64,000 nucleotides of DNA from Lama guanicoe (lineage: Eukaryota). The DNA lies in the NCBI GenBank assembly GCA_013239625.1, contig MU053504.1, positions 1,552,001 to 1,616,000 of the forward strand. Direction: 5' to 3'. Every line of letters starts with the position of its first letter. The stretch's first letter is position 1. This document shows, piece after piece, positions 38,201-50,200 of the stretch. Under the pieces are notes generated by a model that saw only the letters and a program-made list of their open reading frames with translations, was not told the origin of the DNA and searched no databases. Made by a program: the position numbers and the translations under genes.

Positions 38201-41200
38201 TTTCTGATCCCAGGTCATAACTTCTTGAAAGAAATTGTGTTTTCATTGAGACCTAATCATAGGAAAGGGCACTGGGAAAATGGGGATGGGGAACATTCCA
38301 GGCACTGGAAATACCAGGAGCAATCTGTCTAATAAGGGTGGCTGAGGGAAGGGCACATTCAAAAAATAATGAAGGGCTATGAGTGACTGAAGGGCAAACT
38401 CAAGGGAGTAGTAAGGGATGAAAATGTGAAAGAAGGCTGGGCCAGACTTTAGATTTTATAGATTGTCATGAGAGAAGTGGAAAGCCACAAACCAACTAGA
38501 TTTGTATTTTGGAAAAAATAACTCAGGCTGCTAGTTAGAGAACAGCCCATGGGGAGGCCAGGATAGAGCCGGTAGTCCAGTTAGGGGCTGCAGCAATTAA
38601 GACCAGAGGTGCTGATAGGCTGACATAAGTGGTAATGATTAGGGAGAGGGGAACAGATTTAAGGACTCAGAGGGACAGTTCCAGGGTTGGCTAATTCATC
38701 CACTTGGGCACTGTTAAACTCTCATTCGCCTTCATACCTTTCCATTCAGCCGTGTGTCGGCTTTGTGTCTTAGCTGGCTCCCCTCATGATGCCAAAATGG
38801 CTGCCCCAGTTCTAGGCACCATATGGAGGTAAACAAGATCCAGTGGGAACAGGATCACTGTTTCTTCCTGTGTATCTCCTTTTACTGGTGAGGAAAACTT
38901 TCCCAAAAGCTTCTGCAGACTTCTCTGGTCACGTGCTCCTCCTTAAGCCAGTCATAAGCAAGGGAGAAATAGGCTTACCGCAGCTGGCTGAGACCAGCCA
39001 GAATATTTCTGAGAGGACAGGCAGGTAGCGCACAGAACGGAAGCTCTAGTAGCACGGAGGGAAGAAGGAGTGGTTACTGGGTGGGTGGGTCACCACTCGT
39101 ATCTGTCCCACCACTGGAGGGCTTGGGAGAGTGGAGAGTGATGTGGTCAGATTTGCACTCTGAGAAAATCACTGGCCACAATGTGGAGAAGGGATGGGAA
39201 GGAAGCAAGAGGTGAGGCAGAAGATTATTTACCAGGCAAGAACTAATGGAATAACTTGGACACTTTCTTCTGGCTGTTAGAAAAACAGCACCATTCAGTG
39301 CTTATTTTTGATCAAGAACATGCATCTCATCCCACAAGAAGCACCCCAGCCTCAACACTATAGCTGGATCTCCAGTAGGCACCCCACTGTTTTGTAATCT
39401 GTGGTGCCAACTGCTCCTGGGTAATGGGTATGTGACCCCATAGCCATACTTTTTCTGTGAAATGAGTTCTTTGTTTAGAGGTACTTCCATGAGATCCCAT
39501 AATAAGGCATTCCCCTGAGTACCTGGATAGAGGTGGTATTCCTAGAGGCATGGCAGGCAAATTGAGATAGATGTTGTGGCAGCCACTTGCCATGCTACCA
39601 CGGCCGCTGTGTTCATGGGTTCATTGGGCCAGCACTGGGGTGGTGAGAGAAAGGGTTCTTGCAGTGAGTGCCACCTGGTGAGCATACACTGGAGCATAAA
39701 TAGTTCCTGTCTTTTGTGTCCCAGCCACCTACTACCCAGGGATTAGCTTAGAGACCGACATCCAGTGAAGTAGATAGTGTGATACCTTGCTTGAAGTCCT
39801 GTTCACTGGGTGGATTTCTGTTTTATACTCATTCAGAGTTATACCTTAAGTAGATTGTCCTGTAACAGAATGGTCTAGCATGTCTCACAGAGCTACTTGT
39901 ACACTAGGCTGGACTTTTTTCTTCTTCAGTCAACTGTTAATATCATCAGGAAGTCAGAGTAGGCGTGTAGCAAGCGTTCTGTACACGTCACTTTCAGCTG
40001 AATTCTACACAGGTCCCAGCTTATGACTTATTCAATCACATAATACTTAGTTTATGATGGGCAGTTGAAGTTGTATGGATATCCAGTGTCCCATGGTCAG
40101 GCTTACAGTCTCTACCAGAGCCCAGTGCTAAGCTAGGAACACAGTCTTGCTGACAGGATCACGGTCTTGTGCCCAAATTCAAAGATTTTTCATTATGATT
40201 CTCCTGCTCAGCCTTAACCACAGACACTATGGGCCCCATACAATCTACCAGAGCTAATTTCTCTGTGGCCTGGATCAGCTAGAGAGCCTTCTCTCTTCAG
40301 ATCACTCAATAAATAAGTCAGAGAAAGACACCAGCGTGTGATACGCTATCTCCAGGATCCAAAATTGCCAGCAAGCATCACTCCTCCCTGAAGTGGAGGG
40401 GGAACAAGCAGCAGCAACTTGTCCTTTAAGTTGGAGGGGATGTCCTGACATGCTGCAGGCCTTTGACTTTCAGAAAACTTGAAGGCAGGCCACTCTATTT
40501 TTATTTCTATGTTTAGCATATGTTTCTAAGATACATAATATCCTGTCAGCTTCATGGCATCAGTATAGTTGTCCAGGTGATGTCCTGTGCAACAGTGGAA
40601 AAGAATCCCAGTGAACCAGATCACAGCAGAAAGAGGTCAAGATGATTTATCACTGAAGCTGCTCCTGCCACGAGAAAGGGAAACTGCTTCGTGTAATCTT
40701 TGTACGTCACAAAGGGGAAAAAAGTACACTTGCTCATTAATAGTTATAGTCCAGGTGCCAGGAAGGTAGGCACATCTGGAAGAGCGACTGCAGATCTGCA
40801 GCTCCACGTGGTCATCTATGATACCAGACTGACATTCTTAAAAGCTGTCAGCTCGTCTGTTTGGTAGCTTGCATGGGAAGTAATAGGAAGCATCAGAATA
40901 GCTAATACTAGTAGTTATTGAGCACTCACTGCATGCCATCACTAAACTCAGACGTGTAAATGGATTATGTCAGTGTTATCCTGAAACTTTCAAGTCTCCT
41001 GTAGCACTTAGACTGTCTGTGATCCACCGAGGGACCTAGCCTTTTGGTAAGAGAGATTATTGCTCCAGCAGCTTGCATTTGCTCTTGCTACTATAATGGT
41101 CCCTGTCCAAAGGGTTAGAGGACCAGTGTGGTTATTCTGCTGCTTGCTGTAGAATTCCATTCTAGCCATACACTGGGAAAAAAGTTCCTAACGTGAGGCC

Positions 41201-44200
41201 AGTTCAAGCCAAAACTCCTTCCATCTCCTGGCCTGCAAGAGGCTCCATTCTAACCAGCATAAAATAGTGGCATTCTGGGTTCCCAGGAATTAGTTAGCTG
41301 AAAGCCAGAACCTAGTAGACCCCAAAAGGTGTATTTCCCTTTACCCAGTGGAGATACTGTGGTAAATGGCACAGATTCTGAAGGGACAATGAGGAGGAAG
41401 GTTCGTGGTATATGAGAGTTGATGTGCTGTGGCAGGGTTCTTTCTTAGACGTGCCCAACATTGAAGGGTGGTTCTGGGTCTTGAGCTGACTGAGGCCCAG
41501 GAGTTAAATGAGAAGGGGCCCTTCTGTAGCTTGGGAGTCTAGTCAGGCCCCTTCAGCTGACCTGAGCTGGCTGCCTCCTATTTCTGTTATTGGGAGCGTC
41601 ACAACACATTATCCACAACCAGAGATGTCTGAGTCCTGGTGAACCTTGGCCTCTGAGGCTTTTTTCATCCCACTAAGATTAAGAATTCCATATTGGAGAT
41701 GGCTTCTTCCAGCTGGGCCAAGGAGTAGCTGCATACCTTGAAGGACACAGGCTGTGGAGTTGGTGTCTTCTGGATAACTGAAACCATGGCAGGTCCAGAA
41801 ACTGATGCCCAGTTCCATTTCACTAGCATCAAAAAATAGTTCAGCTCTTACACTCTCACAGGGAGAATGAACTGTGTACTGGCCACATATGGAGGCATTG
41901 CTTTAATAGTCTTATACTTCAAGTTAAGGTCTAGAAAAACTCCAGCTGTGAAAGCAGTATAAACGGATTCTAAACTGTACCTCATCTGTTAGGTTCCCAT
42001 GCCTGTAGAAGCTGTCAGCTCATCAGGTGATACTTGATTTGTTCAGTAAATTATGAACCTGGAAAAAAAAATTAAAGAACCCCATTTTGAAGCCAGTGTC
42101 TTCTAAAAGATTCAAGCGCTTTCCTCGCCAGTGCACACCCTCTAGCAAGGTGTGCGCTGTGACCCCCATCAAGGACATGGGGAAGGTGTCAGTAGGAAGG
42201 TTGAGCCTGTTGGATCCCGGGTGACACTGATCTCTTTGTGCCAAGGGCTTTTTGGCTTTTCATTGTTACGTAGCTGAATCCAGCCTTTAGTCCGGGTTCC
42301 CACTGGCCACCCCACCATTAGAACCGTGACCAGTTTCCCAAGCTGTTACACTAACTGCAGAAGTTCAGTTACCCACACCGTAACTAGAAATTTGGCCCTA
42401 TTCAATAATTATGCTCTTCCCTCTTTGGCCGAACATTTCCAAAGTCTTTATGAACAACTGTTCCTATGATTTTTGATGATACAACTCAGTGAATTCTTGC
42501 AGTTTCTTCTGGGTATTAGTTCTTTGCTTTTCTACCTTCTTTCAGTATTTTTCCCTCCACATCTTGTTATGCTTAACATCCTCATTATCCATGAGCAGTG
42601 AGAGCTGGGCTGTGGGGCGGTTTTCATCATGAAAACAAGATGCAGTAGAGAGCATAACAGAGGTTTTTAGAAGTTGACTTTCTCCAACTCCTCTGTTTCC
42701 TTTCAGCATCATTTCAGTTATCTCATTTTAACTTAATACCCTGTCTTTTACATGACCAGCCAACGAAAGATGTGAATTCCATTGGCATTTAGCAACTAGC
42801 AAAATTCTGAAATTCTAACATTTGATACAGCAAAGTACATAGCACGGTCATACAAGGGCCCAGAGTCTTGTGCCATTTTTGGAGGATGAGTATTTGATGT
42901 TGGAGCTGGGCTTTTTCTTGTTTTGTTATCTAAAATTGTCAGAAGTAATCCTCAGTTTCAACATTTCTCATCTCCCTTGAATTGGAACTCCCACTGTCCC
43001 CAACCCCTTTGCCATCAGCTAGAACACATCCTAGGTGACTGCAGGCCAGTAAGTGAAGTGACTGTTGTACAGTTGTGAAGTGTGAGTGGCTTGCTCTTTC
43101 CCATAATGAAAATTGGTTGACAGTTCCTTTCTTTCTCTTCATCTGAACGCAGTAATCAGGTTCACACTACCCACATTTCCCTCATCAGTCTCTTTAACAA
43201 CAACCCCACTGTTACTAACTGCTAAATGAGTTAAGGTACTTTATTTAAAAACAAGAAAAGTCAGCTCAACTAAATTAAGCAAAAAACGAAAACCCATCAA
43301 TTGGAAAGACACTGGGGAAGCTGGCAGAATCAAAGATGAGGTAGGCTACCAACCCTTGGGCAAAGCATGTCCTATCTTGGTGGGTCTGGGGCCCTCTAGG
43401 AAGCCTCTGCTTCCTCCTGGGCCTCAAAATCCTAGGAAAGAGAACCTAGCTGATACAGTGTAAGTTAGGTGTGACTGTGCTTGCATTAGTTAGCCCTGGA
43501 AGGGAAAAGGAGGAATAACACATAGGAATGAACATGCCAATTTGTGTCTACTATCATAGAGTGATATTCTTAGAATCATGGGGTGAGAAAGGCCTTCCTA
43601 AACCAAACATGAAATTTAGAAACCAGAATGGAATAGATTGAAAGGTAGTAAATATATTAAAATGTTAAATGTCTCCATGAAAAATTACACCGTAAGAAAG
43701 TGGCCAGCTAGGGGAAACTGTTTGCCACAGGTAGACAGAGAATTTTCCGTCATATATATAAAGAGCTTCTCCAGATGTGTAAGAAAAAAGTAAACGCTGC
43801 AGTAGAATAATTAGCAGTTCACAGAAGAAAAACAAATGGTCTATAAACACATGAAAAGAAGCTCAACTATTACCTAGGAATCAGGAAATCCAGATTAAAA
43901 CTAACCAGTATTTGGGGCCTGTTAGATTTGAAAATTTTAAAAGGTAGATATCAAGTATGGGCAGAGGTATGGGGATCAAGACACTCTTACACGCAGATGG
44001 GGGGTTTCAGTTCATACAGCACTGGAAGGATGATTTGGCAGTATCAGCCAAAGTTTAGGGACTTACCCCATCTGACCTAAGTTATGGGACTCTAACAGAA
44101 AACCAAATATATATATACTTCTACAAGGATGTCCATTACAGCATTATTTATAATAGCAAAGAAAATAAGATGAAAAGTATCAAACAGTAGAATGCCTAAA

Positions 44201-47200
44201 TGATTTCTTGCATCTATTATGAAATTCTGTACTATCATTAAATAAATGTGTTGACATAGAAAGACATGGGAAAAAACATATTTAAAAAAAACCTGTCTGT
44301 GTATTTGTGTGTGTGAGTGTGTGAGAATACTTTTTTTTTTTCCTGGAAGAATACTGTGAACTGAGAGCAGTTCTTCTACAAGGCAGGTAGAAGAGAGGAG
44401 GGACATGGTAGGGAACTTCCACTTCCTGTTATTTGACTTTCTTTTACAACAAGCATATTTTTTAATAACATTTTGAAAAATAGACTTCAAAAACTTCTAA
44501 AAGCTTTTTTAATACAGTGGGGGGAAAAAGAGCTAATAAGAGTTTATTAACTTTAGCATAATATCCATTATGCTTTAATGGATCTGTAGCATGTAGAATA
44601 AAGAGTTGGTGTCCCCAGCTTGAACTGTGCCAAAAGTCTTGTGGTCAGGTCTCCATGAAAAGGAACATCATTAAATGGGAAGTTGTTCTGGAGAAAAACT
44701 GGACCATGGGGGTGAACAGCTGAAGGAACAATACATGTAAGGACATGACAGCTGTTTTCAGATATCTGACAGGCTGAAAGGAGCGTGTGTAGCATTTCTA
44801 TGAAACCCCACCATGGTTGAAAGTTCCAGACAGTGGCTTTTGTCCTAAAGTTATAAGCTGGAAATTTATTGACCAGCATTTGTCTTAGAAGGAAGCACTG
44901 AATTTTTTAAAAAGAAACACTTTGAAAAGCCACTCACTGAGTTCCTTAAAGCATATTTAAGTTTTGAAAAATAAATAAGATTTAGTTAGCTCCTGAGATG
45001 AAGAGGGTGGGGAGACAGCAAGGGAAAGAACTGGAGGCAGTGAGGTGGTCAAAATCTGTGCATTGTGAGATGTAGAACCCCCCACCCCCACTCAGGACCC
45101 TGCATCTTCAGTAGAGACAGCTTAATTCTTGGGTTTCCAGGTAAAGAAGCATGTGTGTGTAGTCAGGAGACAGGATTGTGTGGCATCTGAAAGGAGCAGA
45201 GGCAAAATAGCATCTCCATTGATGAGTTGTCTCCAAATAAATGAATTGGAGCCAAAGGCCTTTGGGAATTAGCAGTAACTATGTCATAGGCTTTGGAATT
45301 CGACAGTCCAGGGGATTGGGAGTTCAGGACTTCAAGGGGCAGAGAAGGTGCCAACTGACACTGGGTTTTACACTAGTCAGTATAAGAGAAATACAAAAGA
45401 AATTGTGTATCTGGGTGTTAGGTCCTTCCAAACAGAACTGGTCCAAGGTGAGGTAAGCTGTCTTGGAAGGTAGTAGGCTCCCCAACACGGCAGAGTGTTC
45501 ACGCACCAGTGACTGAGGTCAGAGTATTTGTAAGGGAATTCAAGCTTTACAGTGAATGAGGTACAGTACTACACTGGAGATGTCAGGCAGCGCAGTAAGG
45601 CAAGAAAAGAAATGAAAGATATTAAGGACTAGAAAGGAAGAGACAAAATAAGTTTTTCACAGAGGAGAATCTTGTCCTCAGAGAAATCCAAAGACTCATC
45701 AGGTACATTATTAGAATTAATGTTATTTTAAACAGGTTGATAGATAGAAAAACAGTATAAAAAATTAATGCATTTCTATGCGTAAGCCACAATCAGAAAA
45801 TATAATAATTTTAAAAGATGCCATTTACAGTAGCATCCAAAATGTAAAGTACCTAGGAATACATTTAACAAAATATTTACAAAATCTTTGGAGAAAATCA
45901 TAAAAATGTTTGAAGACATTAAAGAAAAAAAGCCTAAATTAGTGAAAGAGATAAGATCAATGGATTAGAAGGCTCAATATTGTAAACTTGTCAATTCTCC
46001 CCAAACTGATGTATAGATTCAATGCAATTCCAATAAAAATCCCAACAGGTTTTTTGTGGAACTTGACAAGCTGATTCTAAAATTTATATGGAGGAGAAAA
46101 GATTCAAGAATAGCCAAGACATTCCTGAAGAAGAAGAACAAGGTGAGGAGACCTGCCTTACCAGATATAAAGAGTTATTATAAAGTTTAGTTATTAAGAC
46201 AGTCTTGTGTTGGCACTGGGATAGACGGATTGACCAGCAGAATACAGTAGAGAACCCAGAAGCAGATTCGTGTGTAAACGGAAACCAATTTGTGACAGGA
46301 ATGCTGTTGTAGTTTTGGTGGGGAAAAGAATGGTCTTTACAGTAGAGTGCTCCAACAATTGGGTAACCCTATCGGAATAAATGAAATTCAATTCTTGTCT
46401 CATACCAAACACAAAAGTCAATCCCAGTTGTTGTAAACACTGAAATTTGAAGAACAAGATGCAGAGACAATAATGTAGGAAAATATACTATGATCTCACA
46501 GTAGGAAAGTAGTCTTAAGACTTAAAATGTTTATAAAGGAAAAAATTGACTACATTAAAATGCAAATCTTCTGTCTGTAAATAAATGCCATAAAGAAAAT
46601 GAAAGGGCAGGCCACAGACTTGGTAAAATACTTGTAACACTTCTAACTGATAAAAGATGAGTGTCCAGAGCACATAAAGAACTCCTACAAGTTAGTGAGA
46701 AAATAATCTAGTCAAAAAATGCGGAAAACACTTGACTAGATTCTTCACGTATGAAGAAACCCTGTTGACCAGTAAACTATGGAAAGACAGTAAACCTCAT
46801 TAATAATCAGAGAAATGTAAATTAAACCAACATTTGATACATTTAAAGTCTGACAGTAGCAAATGTGGATGAGGGTACAAAACTAGTGGAACACTTTGCA
46901 TTGCTGGTGGGAGTGTAAAATTGTACAGCTACTTTGAAAAACAATTTGGCCTCATCTGGTAAGGTCAGAGATACTCACACCTGAAACTCTTGCACATGTG
47001 CACAGGGAGGCACATGGCAGTTACTGCTCAAAGCAGGATTATTACCTGTAAACAACCCAAATATTCATCAGTAGTAGAATTGATAAATAAATGTTGATTT
47101 GGTCTTAAATGGAGCACTACAAGATGAATGAACTTTGGCTACATAGAACAACCTGGTTGAATCTTCAGAACATAATGTTGGGCAAAAAAAAGCAGGTCAC

Positions 47201-50200
47201 AACTTGATTATGATTCCATTTTTATCAAAGAATAGACCAAATATAAAAATATATTAAGGATACAGGATGTATGGGATACAAATAAAGCAAGGGGCTAATG
47301 AATACAAAATTCCAAGTTTACTTGTGAGAGAAGGAAGAGGATGTGATGAGGATGGGCCCGAAGAGAACTTCTGAACTAAATCGGGTGGTGGATGTACTTT
47401 TTTTAAAATAAATATAAAAATTGGAAAAAAATTTTAAACTGACACTTAAAAAAAAAAATGCCTTAGCCTTGCTTCCCCAGTAAAGGGATGAAATGGTCTT
47501 TGATGCCACCTAGCGTTTGCAGCGTATTTAACATCTTAGGCTCTTGGTTCAGCTGTTTCTGCCCGGCTTTCCAGGCTAGGCTTCTCAGAGTAGAAACTAA
47601 AAGGGGTCGGATTCCCCTTGTTTTCATCCCTCACCTAGGCTCTACAGTCTGACATTGTGCATCTAGCACGATGTTCTCTGGAGCAAACCCTTTATTTTAT
47701 CTTGCCAAACAGTGAATGGCTCCTGTTTCTTCCTAACTTTCCTTTTAGGAGCCTCAGCCTAGCTGGCGACCCATGTTTTCTTCATCGTGACTGGCGGGGG
47801 GAGCTAGGGGTGCTGACTGGGCTTTGAGGGGCTGGCATTGTCGTTACTCTCCCTGAGGACTATTTTCAGGAATCTTGTTGTCACCGCCTCTGTTCTACGT
47901 CATTTGAGACAAGGGATGTCCAGGAAGAACAGTGCCTCAGGGTTACTCACGAGGGCTTTTTAAAAACTTGTATCTCATCCTGCCCTGTGCAAGATGGAAA
48001 CTTGTGGAAATCTGGCCTATCTGGATGAAAAGAAGGCAGACTGTGGGTGAACTGGGAAGTTGCATTTCTTAGTATAATAACATGCAGAACCTCCAGGGTT
48101 TTAACTGAAAAGAAAATCTCTTGAGTAAGTGAAGGTAGATGGACTTTGAGACCTTGACTCTTGTTATCTTAGGGTCTTCCGCTTTAATTTTTCCTACCAC
48201 TATCTTGCTGGTTCCCAACAAATTTATTTGCTTCTTCCTGACACTCGTGCTTCCACCTGGCAAAATTGGTTCCTTTTAGGCTGGCATTTCTTTTATTTAA
48301 TCTTTTTAAATTATTATCCAAGCTAGAAACCTGAGAGTCATCCTTAATTCCTGTCTCTTTCTCTGCCCAACTTACCTTCTGTTCACTCTATCTCTAAATC
48401 TGGTAATTCTGACTTTATAATATATCCCAAATGCATCTGTTTCCTTGTGCCATCATCATCCCACACTTCTGTTCTTACCTTCCTCCCAATCCACTTTCCA
48501 TATAGCGGCCTGAGTGATTCTTTAACCCATAAGGTGGATTGCAGTTTAAAAACCTTGAATGATTTCCTCATGCACTTAAAGTAAAATTCAGACTTTCTAT
48601 TTGGGGACCTACATGGACATAATGATCTAACCTTGTCAATCTCATCTTCTCCCCCTTCCTCCTGACATCCCCACCAACCACACTGTCTATGTAACACCCT
48701 TACTGGCGCTTAATTTCCTCACACAAACCAAGCCTCCTCCTGCCTGTGGGTCATCACACATGCTCTTCTCTGTGCCTGGAATGCTATTTTCCATACTCAT
48801 CCTTTCTCACAGAGACCTACCCTTAATCTGTATTGGGATATTTCTTGAGCTTTCTGATATTTTCTATAATAGCATTCTGTTCTTCTGTTGCATTTTTGGT
48901 GGTATATAATTCTGTATTTATTTGTCTGATGTCCATCTTGCACTCACAAGTTTGTATTGTCCATGAGAGCAAGAACTGTGTATATGATTGATTCACCACT
49001 GTTTGCTCTGTGCCTAACCTGATACCTAACAGGTATACATTATATATTTGTTGAAAGAATTAATGAAAAATAATACATGAACCATAATTTACTTAACTGT
49101 TCCCCTACTGCTGAATACTAAGGTTGTTTTCAGTTTTGGGTCATCCTAAACAGTGATGAAGTAAATAATTTGAACATAGAGATTTTTGTTTATTTAGTCT
49201 AGAATCCAGAGTTGCTAGGTCAAAGGGTAGGAATACTTTTAAGGCTTGTAAAACATTTCCATATAACTTATCTGAAAGGTTGTCTAGGTTGGAATTTTAA
49301 ACTACTTCTCTTTTTGCTTTTAGTTTTGAATATATAGAACACAGAAGGAGAAAATAGTTCAAATAATAAAGTTTAGCTTCCTACTCCTATGAAATTAATT
49401 TATTGAGTGCTTGTTCTGTGCCAGATGTGAGATTATCTTATTTACTCCTTATGTAGCAGATACTGTTATCCCAATTTTACGGGAAACTTTGTCTAAGAAA
49501 GCTTAACAGATCTGCTCAAGTTCCTACAATCCAGACTGTCTCATGTCAAACCCTTTATATATGTTCACATCCCTCCCAGTGCTAGCTGATTTACGTTTGC
49601 TCCAAAACTGCTACAGACTCAGTATCACCGCAGCCAGATCCTCTGCTTCCTAACTGCTGCTGCATCCATGTGAAATGCCCTCCTCACCCACCCACCTGTC
49701 CTTGCTTCCTGACCACATGCTGCTAGAGCCTGGACTGCCATACCCCGCAGTCAGGCCCCTAGTTCAGCTCACCGTCCAGAGCCCTCCTGTGTGGTGTACT
49801 CTGGGACGCATCACTTCCTTAAATGTCCACAGTCCTATATACTGGGGTGGTCCATTTTTCCCAACATTGTAACAGGCCCCTAACCACGTAGTAATATAAA
49901 GAGCATGCTGCGCTCTGGGGATTCAAACTCTGAGGAGCTTGGAGTCTATTTAGAGGCAAGGTGCACTGTCTGTATTAGGCTACAAGTAGTCACCTGGGCC
50001 CATTTTTTCCCTGAAGAAAAGGTAGAACTTACTGCCAGGTCAGAGTATGATGCAGCAGTTTGTGTGTTTGGTGTTTTTCCCTGTTAATAACTCCTAATTT
50101 CTCTTAACCTTTCAGGCTCTCCCTGCTTGTCCTATCCAGGCCACCTGTGAAGCTGCCTCCAAAGAGGAGAACAAGGAAAAAAATCGATACGTAAACATCT

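Noticed and set aside
38690..39110. 3' LTR of the ERVL-like provirus
   Set aside because: Separated from the internal region by L2 sequence and not evidently similar to the LTR at 43221-43560
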